Source: Squalus acanthias
Taxonomy: Eukaryota
Assembly (NCBI GenBank): GCA_030390025.1
Contig: CM059433.1
Location: 8,062,001-8,126,000 of the forward strand
Direction of reading: 5' to 3'
Length of the DNA: 64,000 nt
Shown here: one piece after another, positions 58,849 to 64,000 of the stretch
How positions within the stretch are numbered: position 1 is the stretch's first letter
Layout of the letters: every line of letters starts with the position of its first letter
Notes under the pieces: generated by a model
Told to the model about the DNA's origin: nothing
Seen by the model: only the letters and a program-made list of their open reading frames with translations
Database searches by the model: none
Position numbers and translations under genes: made by a program

Positions 58849-59719
58849 AGGAATAAAGTCACAATAATAGCCCTTATAGTAAGCAGCTGAAGCTGTCTGA
58901 AGGTGATCAGGCCCAAAAAAAAGTGTGAAAGAAGTGATCCGGAAGCTGGGAAAGCCTCCTGGCAAATCAGACATTAAAAGATCCATTGAACTTCAGCCCC
59001 CTTTTATACGGCTTCAGGAGCTCCCACACACCAATCCTGCCGGGAATTTCTGCTGGGTCCAGGACTGGGCGGGATCCCGCGATTTTCAGCTAAAACGGCG
59101 TTGGGGTCCAGACGACACTGTCGGAGTGTGACTTGCATATTTTAGTGAGGCCCCCGCGGGGTCTGACTGTGCCAGGCAACCCCCCCCGGTTTAAAAATGA
59201 ACTCAGTTAAAATCGCAATGGGCGCGAACGGGTTGGGAATGCAACGGGAAGCACCCGACCTCCAGTTCCAGCTTTCTGTCCGCCCCGCTCCCGTCAGGTG
59301 GTCAGGGTTAAAGTTGGACCTCGTAACTTTGTGTTGTTTTGCTTAATATATGGTCAGTGGTACTTTGGTTAAGTATTTATGTTTTTCCTTTCCGAGGTTT
59401 CAAAATATTGACTATGAGTGCTGGTATAGAAACATTTTGTTGTGATAAAGATTTGGCTGGGTCCATTTTCGGGTCCAGAATCGCTGCTGCACAGGCAACA
59501 CACACCTCAACCCGAGAGCCCCAAAAGCTGGCCCAAAATTGGGTTCCGGGCTTCGTTTCAATAATTTGGCCTAGCTGAGGCCGCCTGTCGCACCTCCAAA
59601 GGCAGATTGCCCGTCTCCGCAAATGCATTTTGAGCCGCTGATCGCGCCTGGCAGCCCTGATTTTCCTGAGACAGGCATTAAGCCCCTCATTCGCATATAA
59701 AAGGCTAATGCCTGTTTTT

Positions 59720-60148
59720 TTTAAATTCGTTTATGGGATGTGGGGCATCACTGGCAAGGCAGCATTTATTGCCCATCCTTAATTGCCCCTTGAGAAGGTG
59801 GTGGTGAGCCGCCGCCATGACAACTGAGTGGCTTACTGGGCCATTTCAGAGGGTAGTTAAGAGTCAACCACATTTTGCTGTGGGTCTGGAGTCACATATC
59901 GGCCAGGCCAGGTAAGGACGGCAGATTTCCTTCCCTAAAAGGACATTAGTGAACCAGATGGGTTTTTACGACAATCCGATAGTTTCATGGTCACCATTAC
60001 TGATACTGGTAATTATTCCAGATTTATCTAATTAACTAAATTTAAATTCCCCAGCTGCCGTAGTGGGATTTGAACTCACATCTACCAGGATCATTAGTCC
60101 CGGCCTTGGGATTACTAGCCCAGTGACATCACCACTATGCTACCGTTC
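59720..60148 (-). mobile_element. tRNA-SINE with a Zenon-like LINE tail (second copy), inside a GC-rich MITE-like tract (about 59458-60265)
   Basis: Reverse complement of 8051-8449. Confidence 0.8.
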
Positions 60149-60769
60149 CCATTTTAGGCGTGGGACGTCCTTCGGGAAGCAGGGCGGAGGTCCCCGGTAC
60201 TGGGGCGCATTGCACCCGTTTTGATGCCCCGTAAGATGGGCACAGCGCGGTCCAAATTCAACCCCATTGTCTCGGAGGTCACAATGGGGGCAAGATTTTG
60301 AATTGGTTGTGGATACCGGATGAGAATCATGATTCAAGGTGCTGCTCGTGTCGGACTCTTCTTAAAAGAAAAAGCTGGTCTTCCCTGCAGATGTGATGCG
60401 AGCCACAACCTTTGCCCTCTGCTTGCTGTAGGTGCAAACTCGGCCAAATATTTGTTGCGAGTAAAACGATGCAGTTCCATCAATCCAGCTCCCCTAATCC
60501 CCCTCCCCCCCGCCCCCACACTAGTTTTAAACAATGCATTATTGCGGTTTCTGTAACTGTAAAACTTCCTCATTAAATCTCAAAAACCAGCAGCTGGAGA
60601 AACATCACAGCAGATATGTCTCTTGGGGCAAAAAAAAAATCACTTTAATTTGTTCCCGTTGCCCCTGAGTTCAGAAGGCAGAGTAAAAATGGTGCAGTGA
60701 GCTATGTTTCATCAGATCTGCGTTCCGAAAATAGATCGTCGAGCTGCAGTTCCGTATTCTTCCCCCAAT

Positions 60770-61195
60770 GAGCCTCTGAGTCAGAAGGTTGTGGGTTCAC
60801 AGTCCCCACTCCAGGGACTGTGAGCACATAAAGCCAGGCTGACACTCTCCAGTGCAGTGCTGAGGGAGTGCCGCACTGTCGGAGGTGACGTCTTTCGGAT
60901 GAGACGTTAAACCGAGGCCCCGTCTGCTCTCTCAGTTGGACGTAAAAGATCCCCACGGGCACTATTTCGAAGAAAAGCAGGGGAGTTATCCCCGGTGTCC
61001 TGGGGCCAATATTTATCCCTCAATCAACATAACTAAAACAGATTATCTGGTCATTATCACATTGCTGTTTGTGGGAGCTTGCTGTGCGCAAATTGGCTGC
61101 CGTGTTTCCCACTTTACAACAGTGACTCCACTTCAAAAGTACTTCATTGGCTGTAAAGCGCTTTGAGACATCTGGTGGTCGTGAAAGGTGCTATA
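60770..61195 (+). mobile_element. DeuSINE (tail resumes at about 62607-62641)
   Basis: GTGAAAGGTGCTA...GTGCTACATAAATACAAGTCTTTC split by a CR1 plus MITE. Confidence 0.88.
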
Positions 61196-61203
61196 GAGTC
61201 ATG

Positions 61204-62096
61204 GGGGGAGAAATTCAGTATCGCCCCATTTGGGGCGCAATTATCGGCCGGGCGCAAAGATTACGCCTGGCGCTAATTATCGCCACCGACTGCAAACTTG
61301 ACTTTTATCGCCCCTGGAGGTGATTGGAGCGCTAAATCAGGTGCTTCACACCTGTCTTAAGGCGCAAAGGCCGAGGAGTGAGGCGCTACCTCAGAGCGCT
61401 GGCGAAGCTCATGTAATGTCAGTCAGCAATGGAACACACACACAATGGCACGGGCCAGTTCTTAAGGGGATGGTTAATCTTGCTTTCCATCCACATCCTG
61501 CTCATTGCAGCCTTGAATCTCGGCCTGGAGAGACCTGTACATCAAATCTGCTGGAAAGAACAATGGAGAGTACGAGGCAAAGAGCTCAGAGTGCAGCTCC
61601 CACAGTCTCTTCTAAATCGATACAAGGAATGGCAAATCAAAATGAACCTGCAAAGTGCTGCTCAGTACCCAAAACTCCTTCACACAACGTTGAATCTCTC
61701 CAGAAGTCGCTCTCTCTCTCTCTCTCAGAATGCGTCATTCAAAAATGGCACCAACAATAAAAGGCAGGAAGCGGTCACCTTTAAATAGCGCTCCCCCTTT
61801 CCCTTCATGACTGCAGAACGCTCCCCTCAACCTGTCGTTGCTAGCATCAGGCGGTAGGGCAGGGGGCGCCACTCAATATCCGCTCCGGGGCGATACCGGG
61901 GCGTTGCGCACTCGACTGACGTCACGATCTGCCGGCGCAGGAGATCGTGGCGGTAGTGTTTAGCGCCGCCGCAAAATGTCTAGTTAATTTCGCGAGCGGC
62001 GCAAACTTCACCGCGCCTGGGCGCTAGATGCTTTGCGCCCCATTAGCGCCCTCTTAAGGCGCTAACGGGAGGCGCAACCACCTGAATTTTTCCCCC
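61204..62096. mobile_element. Harbinger-type MITE family 2, copy b
   Basis: TIR GGGGGAGAAATTCAG / CTGAATTTTTCCCCC; flanks ATG/ATA. Confidence 0.9.
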
Positions 62097-62600
62097 ATAG
62101 AGTTATACAGCACAGAAAGAGGCCCTTCGGCCCATCGTGTCTGCGCCGGCCATCAAGCCCTATCTATTTTAATCCCATTTTCCAGCACTTGGTCCATAGC
62201 CTTGTATGCTATGGCGTTTCAAGTGCTCATCTAAATGCTTCTTGAATGTTGTGAGGGTTCCTGCCTCTACCACCCTTTCAGGCAGTGAGTTCCAGATTCC
62301 AACCACCCTCTGGGTGAAAAAGTTTTTCCTCAAATCCCCTCTAAACCTCCTGCCCCTTACCTTGAAACTATGCCCCCTGGTTATTGACCCCTCTACTAAG
62401 GGGAAAAGTTCCTTTCTATCTACCCTATCTATGCCCCTCATAATTTTGTACACCTCAATCAGGTCCCCCCTCAGCCTTCTCTGCTCTAAGGAAAACAACC
62501 CCAGCCTGTCCAGCCTCTCTTCATAGCTGAAGCGCTCCAGCCCAGGTAACATCCTGGTGAATCTCCTCTGCACCCTCTCCAATGCAATCACAACCTTCCT
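62097..62600 (-). mobile_element. CR1 3' portion, near-identical to 16024-16530
   Basis: ORF 62169-62591 is almost identical to the C-terminus of ORF 16096-16803. Confidence 0.95.
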
Positions 62601-64000
62601 TATATAGTGCTACATAAATACAAGTCTTTCTTTCTTTCTTTCAGTATCCGCGCTGATACAAATGTTGATCAAAACTCCGGCACAAAACCGCAGTGCCGCT
62701 GCAAAGAGGTGTCATTGAAAATTGATTGCACGACAGAAACATCGCCTGCACTTCAAACAAACCACACAGTGCCAGCACAAGCCGTCAGGAAAATCACAAC
62801 TGCCTACACTTCAGAGTATGAATTGCATCTGGTGTAGTTATCATGTCGGCGACTTTTACACCCGGCGACCAGGCTTGGAGGAATCAGCGGGTCTTTTTTT
62901 TTGCAGAAATGTCACGCCCAGCTTTTTGCAGCTCCTAAAACCCTGCAGGAGAGAGCGATTTACATATGAAGCTTTGCAATAATTAATGTTTCGGTGGAGG
63001 AACCGGGCTGGGCTGCTGCCACGTCAAGGCGGCGTGTTGGGTTTTGGGTGAATCCAGTGCCGAGGACGATGCTGTGTGTCAGATATGCTGGAAGTGATTT
63101 TACGGGAGAAGGGCAGTCTCGGGCCAAGGACATTGCTTCCACCGTCTCGGAGCTCTGTACACCGTTTGTAAATGCCAAGTCACGGCTGTTTCATTAAACA
63201 GCTATTGATGGTTATCACGCCAATGTGAGAGGAGGTCTGGTGTATTGATAAGGAGTTTCCCTCAACAGTAAAAGGTACAAATGCAAATCGAGCAGCAAAA
63301 TCCTGTTACCGAGACATGAAGATGTAGCAGTAACCGCAAGGGCAGGAAATCGATTTGGCGACGCAGGCACACCATTGCTGTTTTTGCCCTGCTGTTAAGT
63401 AGGTGTTCACGCAGATAAGTTATCTGTCGGAACACAACCCTCCCCCTCACAGGAAAGAAATTGGCTTGGTGGCAGCTAATACCTGATACCCGGCAATAAT
63501 TAAAAGTTAATCTTTCAAATCCTTCATGGTTCACGTAGCTATTTACATCTGGTTAGCAAAGCAAGCAAGTAAGCTTCGAGCGTTCGGCGCTCTGGTACTT
63601 AACCTGGTACGAGATGGGTGAAGTTGGATTAAAGTGGAAAGAGGAGACAGTGATGTTTTTGCCTCTTGCGATTGTATCTGGCCCACATCACACTTGTGAA
63701 AATAAGATGTAAATGCTACTAGAAAAGTTGTCAGTGTTGGCCTGGAACTTGAAGACTTTCCCCGCACAACCAAGAATTCATATGCACCTCTACCAAGTGG
63801 CCAAGGTTTCTTTTTTGTTTAATAAAATGAACCTAACATGGCCTGATGGTACAGCTCTGTGTGTCATGGAATAGTTAGATGTAAGCTTTCCATTTGTATT
63901 TGCCTAGAGTGTGAATTTCTGACCTTGCGAGTAAAGGATAGCAATGTACAGAGCATCAACAACCATGCATGGCTCTGGTAGGAGTTAGCTACAGACCTCC

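Larger units (their letters stand above)
55990..59322. mobile_element. Decayed two-gene PIF/Harbinger transposon interrupted by CR1s and a SINE
   Basis: - strand DLSEEQCGRRPHFSRQFVSE (about 58230-58295) and an acidic tract plus HLAARVVRD (57780-57905); + strand S/T/P-rich ORF2-like text at 56150-56450 and VPRGFRTVATSVEES (57214-57258); TIR-like ends are weak. Confidence 0.55.

Overview
This is eukaryotic, repeat-dominated DNA. The repeat families (CR1 and L2 LINEs, HE1-type V-SINE, SacSINE1-type DeuSINE, Penelope, PIF/Harbinger) point to a cartilaginous fish (shark) intron or intergenic region. That assignment is inferred from recognising the families by eye, not from a database search. I found no host protein-coding exon, rRNA, tRNA gene or CRISPR array. 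Nearly all long ORFs are retroelement RT/endonuclease remnants, their antisense shadows, or tandem-repeat artefacts. The main points of interest: (1) a set of minimal type I hammerhead ribozyme motifs carried by two Penelope-type families, including two inverted insertions bounded by target-site duplications (TSDs); (2) many PIF/Harbinger-derived elements with 3-bp TSDs. Two different families hit the identical base of the same CR1 tail, and one sits inside a 20-bp minisatellite while carrying an inverted copy of that minisatellite internally. (3) A bipartite non-autonomous RTE element. (4) A pogo/Tigger-type MITE with an internal 29-bp array. (5) TE-poor islands with GATA/ETS/E-box and RFX motifs. 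Element boundaries were read by eye and may be off by a few bases.
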